From positions 1 to 64,000 of IMG/VR virus record IMGVR_UViG_3300045988_141640: a stretch of 64,000 nucleotides of DNA, one strand, 5' to 3'. Below, one piece after another: positions 10,028-18,293 of the stretch. How positions within the stretch are numbered: position 1 is the first letter of the stretch; every line of letters starts with the position of its first letter. The stretch comes from a virus. The notes beneath the pieces were generated by a model, which saw only the letters and a program-made list of their open reading frames with translations, did not search any database and was not told the DNA's origin. The position numbers and the translations under genes were made by a program.

Positions 10028-10111
10028 TGCGCCTACCGAGTGGAGCTGCGGAAACGCCTCCGAAATAAACCCTATGGTTGATTTGACAGCTCGTAGTAGG
10101 CGCACTTTTTT
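10028..10111 (+). ncRNA. candidate structured RNA / long-stem terminator
   Basis: TGCGCCTAC (10028-10036) pairs with GTAGGCGCA (10096-10104). Nested CGAG/CTCG pairing and a GCG-GAAA-CGC tetraloop hairpin lie inside, and a T6 run follows. Confidence 0.3.
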
Positions 10112-10179
10112 ATTGTTATGAATGAACTGGTTTTTAAAGGTCATAATGACCAAGTTTTAACTAATAGTATATAATTGCC

Positions 10180-11127
10180 TCAATTTTCTTCAAATCCTAT
10201 AATCTTGTCTATGCCTTTGTCGAAGTCATCATTAGATTTACTTTTAACTTCATTAATATCCTCATTAAACTCTAACTCTAATTGAATAGGTTTAGCATTA
10301 TATTTCCTCTCAAACAGTTCATTAAATTCTGATTTGGATTTAGAAATAGACATTAATGTGGTAACTTCTATAATCTGTTTTTTCAGGTGTTCTCTACCTA
10401 TTTCTGGTGTTAATGATTGATGCCATTTGTATTTCCAATTTCCTTTATCCGTTTTTCCCGTTTTCTCCTTAATTTTGTCAACAACTCCATCAGATAATAA
10501 ATCATAAATATACTTAGTTGTTAATTTACCAATAAAAGATGGCTTGTTTTTAATGTATTTAGGTATAAAAGGTAGCCCCCATAATCTATACACTTCTCTA
10601 TAAAAATCATCTGTAAAGGTTAATTGCCATTTCAAAATTTCTTCAGAAATATAAGCACTAAGGATTTTTTGCAATTCAAAATGTTCTCGTTCATTTTGAT
10701 ACCCAGTAGCTTCATCAATAAGGGCAATTATACCAATCTTAGCAAATGAAGATAATAAAATTTCGCATTGATTAGCAACTATTTGTTGTCTTTCTGTCAT
10801 TTTGACTCCACTGCGCCTAGCTCTTAAAATAGCCTCACAAATATCGGTCAAAACAGTAGCCTCATAACCATTAATTCGCTGTTTACCTTTAAAGCATATA
10901 ATTGGATCAAAATGTGCCGCGTCTTTATTGCTGAAAATGAAAGGTTTAAGTATTGAATTTGATAGGAACTGTGGCAATTTTGTGCCGCTTATATTCCCAT
11001 CAACTACTTTTAATATTTCTTGCATTTTCCTTCCTGATAGAACTCTTGTCCCATCTTCTAATACATAACATGGCAATTTGTTTTCACCAAGATTTAAAGT
11101 TCCTTCGTATTTTATTTGATTATCCAT
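10180..11127 (-). CDS. P63C domain protein
   Basis: N-terminus GTLNLGENKLPCYVLEDGTRVLSGR and central IIALIDEATGYQNEREHFELQKIL resemble the phage Mx8 p63 C-terminal (P63C) family. Confidence 0.6.
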   Translation of the reverse strand: MDNQIKYEGTLNLGENKLPCYVLEDGTRVLSGRKMQEILKVVDGNISGTKLPQFLSNSILKPFIFSNKDAAHFDPIICFKGKQRINGYEATVLTDICEAILRARRSGVKMTERQQIVANQCEILLSSFAKIGIIALIDEATGYQNEREHFELQKILSAYISEEILKWQLTFTDDFYREVYRLWGLPFIPKYIKNKPSFIGKLTTKYIYDLLSDGVVDKIKEKTGKTDKGNWKYKWHQSLTPEIGREHLKKQIIEVTTLMSISKSKSEFNELFERKYNAKPIQLELEFNEDINEVKSKSNDDFDKGIDKIIGFEEN

Positions 11128-12073
11128 ATACTAATTCTTTGTAAGTTAATCTACATTCAATATTCTGCAAAAATAAATCAAATCTTTCTTTATCAGATAA
11201 AGAGCGAGTGTTAAAACGATACACACACTCGTCAATATAACGTTGCATGTGTTGTTTAGACCAATGGTAGTATATACCCATAATACTTCTTTTCACTAAA
11301 GCCCAAAATCCTTCGATGTGATTTGTTGTCAGATCACCACTACCATAAAATCCTGCTCCATGATTTACATTTCTATGGTTGTAGTAAATATTAGCCCCAT
11401 CACTATAATTCCATTCGTCTGTATAAAGATTACTACCTTCTTTCACGTAATTATGAATAACAGAGAAAAGGGTATTTGATTTTGTGTCAGAAACAACTTT
11501 AGCAATAACCCTACCATTACGTTGAATCATTCCGAATACAGGTATTTTATCTTTGAAACTTCTACCTTGACAAGCCTTTACTTTCTTGTCTGCATGACGA
11601 TTTTTATTCTTCCCACCAATAAAAGTTTCATCTACCTCAATAGTACCACTCAATTTACCACCATCACTGTCATTATTGTCATCTTCATTTGACTTATCGT
11701 TTTCTATACCTAAAGCCTTTCTGATTCTGTGAAGCATAAACCATGCAGTTTTCTGAGTTACCCCAATATCTTTACTTAATTGTATTGAAGATATACCTTT
11801 TTTGTGGGATAATACAAGCCATATAGCCATAAACCAATAAATTAAAGGTAGGGAGGTTTTATGAAAAATAAGTTTAGTCTTAACATTAAAGTATTTTCCA
11901 GTGTTTTTACAACGATATTTATTATCTTTGCATTTGTAGACTTTGGAAGTAGGATCAAAAGGGGAAACGACCTTTGCACCCCACCTTCTTTCTTCCAGAT
12001 AATCTATACAGTGCTGTTCTGTTGGGAAAGCATCTTGTAAATCTTTTAATGATTTGAATCTACTATTAAACAT
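11120..12073 (-). CDS. IS1595-family (ISXO2-like) transposase
   Basis: N-terminal zinc-ribbon region (HCIDYLEERRWG...KCKDNKYRCKNTGK), an HTH segment (ISSIQLSKDIGVTQKTAWFMLHRIRKAL) and a DDE core; overlaps the P63C gene by 8 nt. Confidence 0.85.
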   Translation of the reverse strand: MFNSRFKSLKDLQDAFPTEQHCIDYLEERRWGAKVVSPFDPTSKVYKCKDNKYRCKNTGKYFNVKTKLIFHKTSLPLIYWFMAIWLVLSHKKGISSIQLSKDIGVTQKTAWFMLHRIRKALGIENDKSNEDDNNDSDGGKLSGTIEVDETFIGGKNKNRHADKKVKACQGRSFKDKIPVFGMIQRNGRVIAKVVSDTKSNTLFSVIHNYVKEGSNLYTDEWNYSDGANIYYNHRNVNHGAGFYGSGDLTTNHIEGFWALVKRSIMGIYYHWSKQHMQRYIDECVYRFNTRSLSDKERFDLFLQNIECRLTYKELVYG

Positions 12074-12125
12074 AAGGCTTAGTTTTTAATTATGCCCCTA
12101 ATATAGTAACTTTTTACACAATATG

Positions 12126-12133
12126 CAAATATA
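12126..12133 (-). promoter_or_regulatory. -7 box TATATTTG for the transposase operon
   Basis: Reverse complement of CAAATATA; 53 nt upstream of the minus-strand ATG at 12073. Confidence 0.45.
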
Positions 12134-12333
12134 ATGCAGTGTTTTTACATAATTGGTGTAAATTAATATATAATTGCCAAAGTAAAAGGAGAATTTTATT
12201 CAATTGACGAAAATGAAATATTATCAATAATAAAAGAATACGGTTTCTCTACTTATTTAAAACCTTCTCGAGAATACAATAACGATTAAAGATTATTTAA
12301 CCGTTATTGTTTTTACCATATTGCTTTAATGTG

Positions 12334-12341
12334 TATTTTTG
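12334..12341 (+). promoter_or_regulatory. -7 box TATTTTTG
   Basis: TAnnTTTG match 20 nt upstream of the ATG at 12361. Confidence 0.45.
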
Positions 12342-12360
12342 CTGAAAAATTTTATTGTAT

Positions 12361-12957
12361 ATGGATAATAAAGAGATTGTATTATTTGATAGAAGTATTC
12401 GTATGACTTCTGATTGGTATGTATGTGTGTCTGATGCCCAGTGTGCGATAAATGAAGCTCGTAACAGGACTGGTTTGAAAAGGTATAATTTCAGCCAGTG
12501 GTTAAAGACGCTTTACGTAAGTGACATGGTTTGCAGTATTAATGAGAGCGGTAAGGATGCTTTTAAGGTTGAGTTTGACAATGATTCGGGTAAGATAGAG
12601 CAGTATTGTCATTTTGGTGTGTTTGTTAATATGATTTTGTCGGCAAGTCCTGTTAGTGGTGTGCTTGACGATGAGGATTGGTTTAATGATTACGTTTGTG
12701 ATGTATATTCCATTGACGGTCATGTTTATGAACACGCCAAGATACTTGCCGTTGGCGGTTTGTGGCGTTATACGACAAAGAATGCCAGGTTCAGTGATGA
12801 TATCCGTATGATGGATGATATCATGTATTCCGTTCCCGATGGTGACAAGGATGCCGTGTATAGCCTGTTCTTTGATTTGTTAGGTACGTTTTATTACAAT
12901 TGGGAGTTTGCGTTGCGTTATGCGAAGAAACTTCTTTTAGGGGATGTGGAGGAATGA
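12361..12957 (+). CDS. hypothetical protein, 198 aa
   Basis: ORF track (12355 is a TTG; the first ATG is at 12361). Confidence 0.5.
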   Translation: MDNKEIVLFDRSIRMTSDWYVCVSDAQCAINEARNRTGLKRYNFSQWLKTLYVSDMVCSINESGKDAFKVEFDNDSGKIEQYCHFGVFVNMILSASPVSGVLDDEDWFNDYVCDVYSIDGHVYEHAKILAVGGLWRYTTKNARFSDDIRMMDDIMYSVPDGDKDAVYSLFFDLLGTFYYNWEFALRYAKKLLLGDVEE

Positions 12958-13187
12958 TTATGAGGTGTTTTGTTCGTTTTGTCATGTTTCTCATATACGT
13001 TGACATTGTATTTGTTCTTCTTGTGTTTATGGTTCCTGCCGAAATGGTGTACCGATGGACGGATGGACGTAAGCCTGGAGGATATGTTTCATGCCTATCT
13101 GATTTTCTAGGATATCCTGACGGTTATCGTTATACGTTGAGCGATTTCTTTAGGGATATGAAACAGGGATGGCGCAATTTTAAGTAG
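12954..13187 (+). CDS. small membrane protein, 77 aa
   Basis: ATGA overlap with the upstream stop, preceded by GGAGGA; hydrophobic segment FVRFVMFLIYVDIVFVLLVFMV. Confidence 0.4.
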   Translation: MIMRCFVRFVMFLIYVDIVFVLLVFMVPAEMVYRWTDGRKPGGYVSCLSDFLGYPDGYRYTLSDFFRDMKQGWRNFK

Positions 13188-13188
13188 C

Positions 13189-14166
13189 ATGGGTTCCATT
13201 GATTATGAGTATATATTTGCCAATCTTGATACTGTGCTTGGGCTTCCTTTAAGGCGTAGGGGTAAGCGGTGGACGTTGCCTGCCAGGATAAATCTTGAGA
13301 GTCATAGCAGGAAGGATAAGCTGGTTTTCTATATGAACAAGTCGGGCAGTATTACCGTTACCGAGCAGGGCGGTGATTCTGTCAACCTGTTTGACTTTCT
13401 CGTGTCTTATCTTCCCGGTTGCAGTAGTGCTTCTGATGCTTTTAGGATTCTGTCAAGTCCTGACGGTTGCAGGATGAGTTTGAAGGATTTCTACGAGAGG
13501 GAGTATGATTCGGGTAGACAGGAATCAAGGTTTGTTGATATGAAGTATGTTGACAGGCTTAGCGATGCCGGGCATTGGAAGGGTAATAACCTGTACGAGT
13601 ACCTTTCAGGTGTTTTCGGTGTTGATTCCGTGAATGATGTGTTTTCAAGGTATAAGGTAGGATGTCTTGGAAAGGAATCCGCTGTGTTCTGGTATTCCGA
13701 CAAGGATGGTAACGTGTGCCATGACAACAGGATAAGATATGAGGTGAACGGGCACAGGAAGAAGGAATCCCATGCTTTTAGGAAGTTTACTACGGGCGAA
13801 GGGTTTACCTATCGCGGCTATTTTAAGCCTTTTTCTGGGGATTATTGTAACAACGCTATAACTTGTATGGTCGAATCGGAGAAGACCGCCCTGATAGCCT
13901 CTATGGCTTTCGGAAACGGTTTTATATGGACAGCTTGTGGCGGAATGAACCAGCTTGGAAATAAATTGCCAAAAAATGTTATTTTGTTCCCCGACTTTGA
14001 TAATAAAGCTATATCTTTGTGGGGTGACAAAGGACGTGTGGCGAGATGGTGGGAATACCCTAGCCTGTCTTTTGGATTGAAGCATAACGATGATATCGGA
14101 GATGCTGTTATTAATAATTTGAATAGTATTAACATTAAAGAATTTAGAGAATGGACATTGAAGTAG
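13189..14166 (+). CDS. Toprim-like protein, putative primase component
   Basis: MVESEKTALIA (conserved Glu) and ILFPDFDNKA (DxD) spaced as in Toprim domains; sits in the replication module. Confidence 0.45.
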   Translation: MGSIDYEYIFANLDTVLGLPLRRRGKRWTLPARINLESHSRKDKLVFYMNKSGSITVTEQGGDSVNLFDFLVSYLPGCSSASDAFRILSSPDGCRMSLKDFYEREYDSGRQESRFVDMKYVDRLSDAGHWKGNNLYEYLSGVFGVDSVNDVFSRYKVGCLGKESAVFWYSDKDGNVCHDNRIRYEVNGHRKKESHAFRKFTTGEGFTYRGYFKPFSGDYCNNAITCMVESEKTALIASMAFGNGFIWTACGGMNQLGNKLPKNVILFPDFDNKAISLWGDKGRVARWWEYPSLSFGLKHNDDIGDAVINNLNSINIKEFREWTLK

Positions 14167-14693
14167 GAATTGATTTTAAGGAAAATCTTCTTTCATTGCG
14201 TAATTATATCTCTTTGGGATTTAGTTGTGATGATATTGATTTCAAGAACGCGGCTATTGCTTCCATCGATAGAATGATGGAAGAAGTATTGGATGAGCAT
14301 GATGTGAATTTCTTTGACGCATTGCAGAATGTTATTGACAACCTTGATGAGATTAATACAGTAGATGATGTTCACGATATTTGCTGTGAATTTTATCATG
14401 TGATGGATGAGAACGAGCGTGTCATGCACCGTGAGTTCTTTGAAAAACTGAAAAAATATCGCGAAGGCAAGATTGAACGTATTGTTCCTTTGAAGGAAAA
14501 AGACTGCATTGTCATGGGTAATAAGTATGTTGAATTAGGTAGCGGCAAAGAGTGTGTCGTTGACAGTGTTATCCACATGCTTGCCGAGAATGACCGAATG
14601 ATCACAGATGCTGTTTTGTATGTAGACCATCTTGGTCAGCGAATAGCGTGCTCTATTGATGAGTTTAGGAAAAAGTTTGGGGTGAGGAAATAA
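14151..14693 (+). CDS. hypothetical acidic protein, 180 aa
   Basis: ORF track; overlaps the upstream gene by 16 nt. Confidence 0.5.
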   Translation: MDIEVGIDFKENLLSLRNYISLGFSCDDIDFKNAAIASIDRMMEEVLDEHDVNFFDALQNVIDNLDEINTVDDVHDICCEFYHVMDENERVMHREFFEKLKKYREGKIERIVPLKEKDCIVMGNKYVELGSGKECVVDSVIHMLAENDRMITDAVLYVDHLGQRIACSIDEFRKKFGVRK

Positions 14694-14701
14694 GGCATGT
14701 T

Positions 14702-14929
14702 ATGGCTAATAAAGGAGAAATAAGGATTGACGGTAAGGTGATGGGAAAGGATTACGGTAAGTATTTCTATTCTCCCCGTGGTAATATGTGGGCTGTAACC
14801 TTGTGTACGTATGACTGTGATGATGGTCGTATGTTTGAAAAAATAGAGTTGTATAGAACGAAGGATCAGGCTAGGGAAGCCGCATTTAGATTAAACACGG
14901 AGGAAAGAAGTCAACTACCCATAGGCTAA
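14702..14929 (+). CDS. hypothetical protein, 75 aa
   Basis: ORF track; co-oriented. Confidence 0.45.
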   Translation: MANKGEIRIDGKVMGKDYGKYFYSPRGNMWAVTLCTYDCDDGRMFEKIELYRTKDQAREAAFRLNTEERSQLPIG

Positions 14930-15025
14930 AAGTCCAAGTTGATTAGACTGAGCATTAGGATAGAATAGGAAACTTGATAGACAAAAGAAGAAGTATATTA
15001 ATTGAAAAACGAATACTAGTAAAAA

Positions 15026-15484
15026 ATGAATCAAGTAAAATTCGTAAAATTAAGACGGGATGCAGTTCTTCCCGAAAAAAAAACTGATGGTGCTGCCGGG
15101 TATGATTTGTATGTTCCTGACAACACGTTGATAAGAAAAGGTCGTAATCTGATTAAACTTGGTATAGCCATTCAGATGCCATCAAATATGAAGGCTATTA
15201 TCAAGCCGCGGAGTGGATTTTCCCTGAAAGGTATTATTGGCGTTGACGGGAAGTATCATGACGCAGATGTGTTGGATGGTGTTATTGATTGTGACTATAC
15301 TGGTTGTATCGGTGTTATAGTGAAGAGTTTTGAGAAAGAGCCTTTCTATATTGCTGCCAAGGAGCGAATTGCTCAGCTTCTTTTCAGTAATTATATTGAG
15401 GTTGAATTTGTTGAGGTTGAAAGCCTTGATTCAACGGATAGGGGCGATGGAGGTTTTGGTTCCACAAATAATTTAGGCAAATGA
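15026..15484 (+). CDS. dut: dUTP diphosphatase
   Basis: dUTPase motifs GAAGYDL, RSGFSLKG, GVIDCDYTG and C-terminal GDGGFGSTN. Confidence 0.9.
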   Translation: MNQVKFVKLRRDAVLPEKKTDGAAGYDLYVPDNTLIRKGRNLIKLGIAIQMPSNMKAIIKPRSGFSLKGIIGVDGKYHDADVLDGVIDCDYTGCIGVIVKSFEKEPFYIAAKERIAQLLFSNYIEVEFVEVESLDSTDRGDGGFGSTNNLGK

Positions 15485-15861
15485 GAAAGAAATTTTTATT
15501 ATTTTTTGCTATTTTTTCAATAGTATTATTGGGGTTGTGTAGTTGTTCCAATGATAAGGATGATGAATACAAGGATGCTATTATCGGTACATGGGAACTT
15601 GTTCAGGTAAAAGTGGATGGTAGATGGTATCCTATGATAAGACCTACTTACGCTAAGTTTAATCAGGATGGTACTTATGTAGGAAGGGGCTATTTTGGGA
15701 ATGGTTACGGTACTTATGATATATCTGGTAAAACCATTACATGTTATGTTGATGGATATGAGTACGTAAGATACGAGGTTGTTGAACTTATGTCCAATAC
15801 ATGTACGTTGAAGATGATGATGGGAGGTGACAGTATGGATATTAAATGTGAAAAAAGATGA
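15481..15861 (+). CDS. lipoprotein with lipocalin-like GTWEL motif
   Basis: Signal peptide plus lipobox (LLGLCSC), followed by acidic CSNDKDDEYKD; ATGA overlap with dut. Confidence 0.65.
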   Translation: MRKKFLLFFAIFSIVLLGLCSCSNDKDDEYKDAIIGTWELVQVKVDGRWYPMIRPTYAKFNQDGTYVGRGYFGNGYGTYDISGKTITCYVDGYEYVRYEVVELMSNTCTLKMMMGGDSMDIKCEKR

Positions 15862-16025
15862 AAACAAAAAAGATAAATAAGATTTACGACAAGGGTTATG
15901 ATAGTGTACTGAACAAGTATTTTATCTTAGCTATGTTTGTTGAGTTTGGTGAAACTAAGTATGACCGTATCTTCTTTTCTGATAAGAAGGATGCGGATAA
16001 CATAAAAGTTGGTGATTTGTTATGA
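15858..16025 (+). CDS. small hypothetical protein, 55 aa (below the ORF-track cutoff)
   Basis: My translation gives 56 codons with no internal stop; ATGA overlaps at both ends (15858-15861, 16022-16025) fit a translationally coupled chain. Confidence 0.4.
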   Translation: MKTKKINKIYDKGYDSVLNKYFILAMFVEFGETKYDRIFFSDKKDADNIKVGDLL

Positions 16026-16522
16026 TTGGAGTTACATTGAACAGCAGGGTGAAAATTATAAACCGTGATAAATACATTTCACTTCACGGTGAAGATTCTG
16101 TAAGCAAGTCAAATGTATTCGGTGAATTTGTCACTGTTAAATACTGTTTTGAGAATGGTGAAAAGTTTCTTTGTGTGGATGATCAGGGTAAAGAATATAT
16201 TCTTTTTTCGGATTGTATTGCTTATGTTGATCATGTTAAAGAGAGAAGCATCCTTGATGAAGCAAAGGATATCCGCAACAACAGCAGACAGTCTGACTAT
16301 GGTGATGCAGTAGTCAATTTTGAAAATATTTCCAAGATGGCTTCTTTGATTACGGGAAAGGAATTATCTCCTTATGACTGTGTTGCTGTACAGATAGCTG
16401 TAAAACTATGCAGACAGGGATTCCATAAAAAGCGTGACAATATGGTTGACTTGGCTGGCTACGCTGATATAATGCAATTGATTGTAGATAAGGAAAATGT
16501 GAGAAATGGGGAAAAATGCTGA
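16022..16522 (+). CDS. conserved phage protein, DUF6378-like C-terminal half
   Basis: RQSDYGDAVVNFENISKMA...DCVAVQIAVKLCRQ...DNMVDLAGYA matches my recollection of the DUF6378 pattern. Confidence 0.5.
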   Translation: MIGVTLNSRVKIINRDKYISLHGEDSVSKSNVFGEFVTVKYCFENGEKFLCVDDQGKEYILFSDCIAYVDHVKERSILDEAKDIRNNSRQSDYGDAVVNFENISKMASLITGKELSPYDCVAVQIAVKLCRQGFHKKRDNMVDLAGYADIMQLIVDKENVRNGEKC

Positions 16523-16781
16523 CAATGCTTTGATGTATCGGAGAGTTTTAGCGGCAAGCGGTCTTTCCGATACTGATGTTAACAGGAAAAGCAGAAAGCA
16601 TGATATTGTGATGAACCGTGCTCTTGTGTGCTGTGTCATGCGTGATATAGGTTTAAGTATGTCTGAAATTTCTGATTTTCTATGTATTGACAGGAGTAGC
16701 ATATACAATCTTTTAAAATATTCTTCTGAACTTGACGAGAAGGTAAGGGAGATAAAATCTAGGATGAAGGAGGAAAGATAA
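16506..16781 (+). CDS. small HTH protein (DnaA-C-like helix-turn-helix)
   Basis: RKHDIVMNRALVCCVMRDIGLSMSEISDFLCIDRSSIYNLL resembles the DnaA C-terminal DNA-binding pattern. Confidence 0.4.
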   Translation: MGKNADNALMYRRVLAASGLSDTDVNRKSRKHDIVMNRALVCCVMRDIGLSMSEISDFLCIDRSSIYNLLKYSSELDEKVREIKSRMKEER

Positions 16782-17467
16782 TGGGTTTGAATAAAGGATG
16801 GGGTAAACTTCCCCTTAGTAACAATCTTCTTATTGACGATGAAAAACAGAAGAAGATTGATATAGCAAAGCATATTGATGATGCGAATGAGATGGAGTTA
16901 TGGGCTGCGTCCGCTTATGTCATAGATACCAATCCTGTCTTGTTTTACAAGGCTACACACGTTGTTGACGAGGGTATGTCAGAGCGTTCTTTGCTTATGA
17001 AAGCCAAGCAATGGGTGAACTCTCCAAGGATAACACAGATTGTCAATTATGCCAAATCTTCCATGCTTGCTTCCGATTATGTGACACCATCCATGAGGCG
17101 TGTATTGGAAGGGGAGAATAAGGAAAAGACAAAGACTTTGATAAACAAGGATAACCTTGAATTTGAAGATGCGATAAGTCTTATAGAAAGTTTCCTAAAG
17201 CGTTCTGATATAGATACTGCTGATTTTAAGGATGTGAAAGGTGCACTTGATATGCTTGCAAAGTTCAAAGGTTGGCTTTCTGATGATGATGCTGGTGAGG
17301 ATTTCTATGACAAGACTACCATAGCGTTTTTCCCATACGATTGCGACAAGTGTGTACGTGCCAAGGCAGGGTTATGCAACAAGTGTGTATATCATCGTGA
17401 ATCAACAGGTGATCTTAGTGATGATGAACGTAAATGGATAAAGGAAAACGATACATGGAAAGGATAG
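16781..17467 (+). CDS. hypothetical protein with C-terminal CxxC...CxxC zinc ribbon, 228 aa
   Basis: YDCDKCVRAKAGLCNKCVYH near the C-terminus; start overlaps the upstream stop. Confidence 0.5.
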   Translation: MGLNKGWGKLPLSNNLLIDDEKQKKIDIAKHIDDANEMELWAASAYVIDTNPVLFYKATHVVDEGMSERSLLMKAKQWVNSPRITQIVNYAKSSMLASDYVTPSMRRVLEGENKEKTKTLINKDNLEFEDAISLIESFLKRSDIDTADFKDVKGALDMLAKFKGWLSDDDAGEDFYDKTTIAFFPYDCDKCVRAKAGLCNKCVYHRESTGDLSDDERKWIKENDTWKG

Positions 17468-17470
17468 TCT

Positions 17471-18067
17471 ATGTCTGTAAGGAAAACTACTAATTTGACG
17501 GTAAGAAATAAGGAAAGGGAAAGGCGTATAAAGGAAATAGAGGAAGAGGGAGTATTTGATTATTTCCATAAATTTACTCCTGTCCAGTTGTACAAGTACC
17601 TTTCGCCTCTATGTAGTATTGATGCGTTACGGGTGTTACGTTTGTGTGTATTATCCGCACAGAGGGGAGATAATATGATAACGTTGAAGTTTATAAGGAG
17701 GCAACTTAAATACAAGCCTAGGCGTTCTGTTTTTGATTCATTGATAAATGCCGGATTGATAATAGAACCAGTTCCTAATGTTTTTTCCTGTACGGTGAAG
17801 GTGAACGAGTATTCTCATATATTAAGCATGATGCGTATTGATGATAATGCTCCCGATGTCGTAGATGTGGATGATTTAAATTGTTATAAAGTTGTAGCAG
17901 AGGATAATATTAGTTACCGTGTCGTTAGCAAACGGGGAAGTGTTGTAAAGAGTTTCACTGACAAGAGTGAAGCAAGCAATTATCTTGACGAACTGTATTT
18001 CCCTAAAGGTGAGGATGGTGACGTGGAAGCATTGTCGAAAGAGGAAGAGGAAGAATTAACTGTGTAA
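17471..18067 (+). CDS. hypothetical protein, 198 aa
   Basis: ORF track; acidic C-terminus. Confidence 0.5.
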   Translation: MSVRKTTNLTVRNKERERRIKEIEEEGVFDYFHKFTPVQLYKYLSPLCSIDALRVLRLCVLSAQRGDNMITLKFIRRQLKYKPRRSVFDSLINAGLIIEPVPNVFSCTVKVNEYSHILSMMRIDDNAPDVVDVDDLNCYKVVAEDNISYRVVSKRGSVVKSFTDKSEASNYLDELYFPKGEDGDVEALSKEEEEELTV

Positions 18068-18183
18068 TTAACTATTTTTAGTATTGTTTTCTGTATTAGT
18101 TTATTTTTTAAGGCATTAAGAAACAAATAAACACCATTACAAAAATTTAACACATAATATTTCCCAATGTCATTATATAGTAT

Positions 18184-18191
18184 TACATTTG
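18184..18191 (+). promoter_or_regulatory. -7 box TACATTTG upstream of the solo TnpB
   Basis: TAnnTTTG match; followed by a folded about 60-nt segment (18199-18256, CAGGGA...TCCCTG outer stem). Confidence 0.45.
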
Positions 18192-18293
18192 CACCATACA
18201 GGGATAGGAACGGAGTAGCTACCTTCCGACAAGCTGAAGTCAGTACGGCTTCCCTGTTCTCCTTTTTACTGGCGAAACATAATACTGGCTAAT

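Larger units (their letters stand above)
9974..12308. mobile_element. low-GC insertion island carrying an IS1595-family transposase and a P63C gene, bounded by imperfect direct repeats
   Basis: 13-bp exact direct repeat TTTAACCGTTATT at 9974-9986 and 12296-12308, inside about 30-bp imperfect repeats; the enclosed genes are on the opposite strand to the surrounding module. Confidence 0.4.

Noticed and set aside
10028-10104. tRNA-like reading of the 77-nt element closed by a 9-bp GC-rich stem
   Set aside because: It has no T-loop (GTTCRANNC) and no D or anticodon arm geometry, so it is kept only as a generic structured-RNA candidate.
13491-14135. Minus-strand ORFs of 78-146 aa inside the Toprim gene
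   Set aside because: Same reasoning: antisense shadows with poor composition.
16406-16873. 155-aa minus-strand ORF
   Set aside because: It spans three co-oriented plus-strand genes, and its sequence is Leu/Phe/Ser/Ile-rich and low in complexity.
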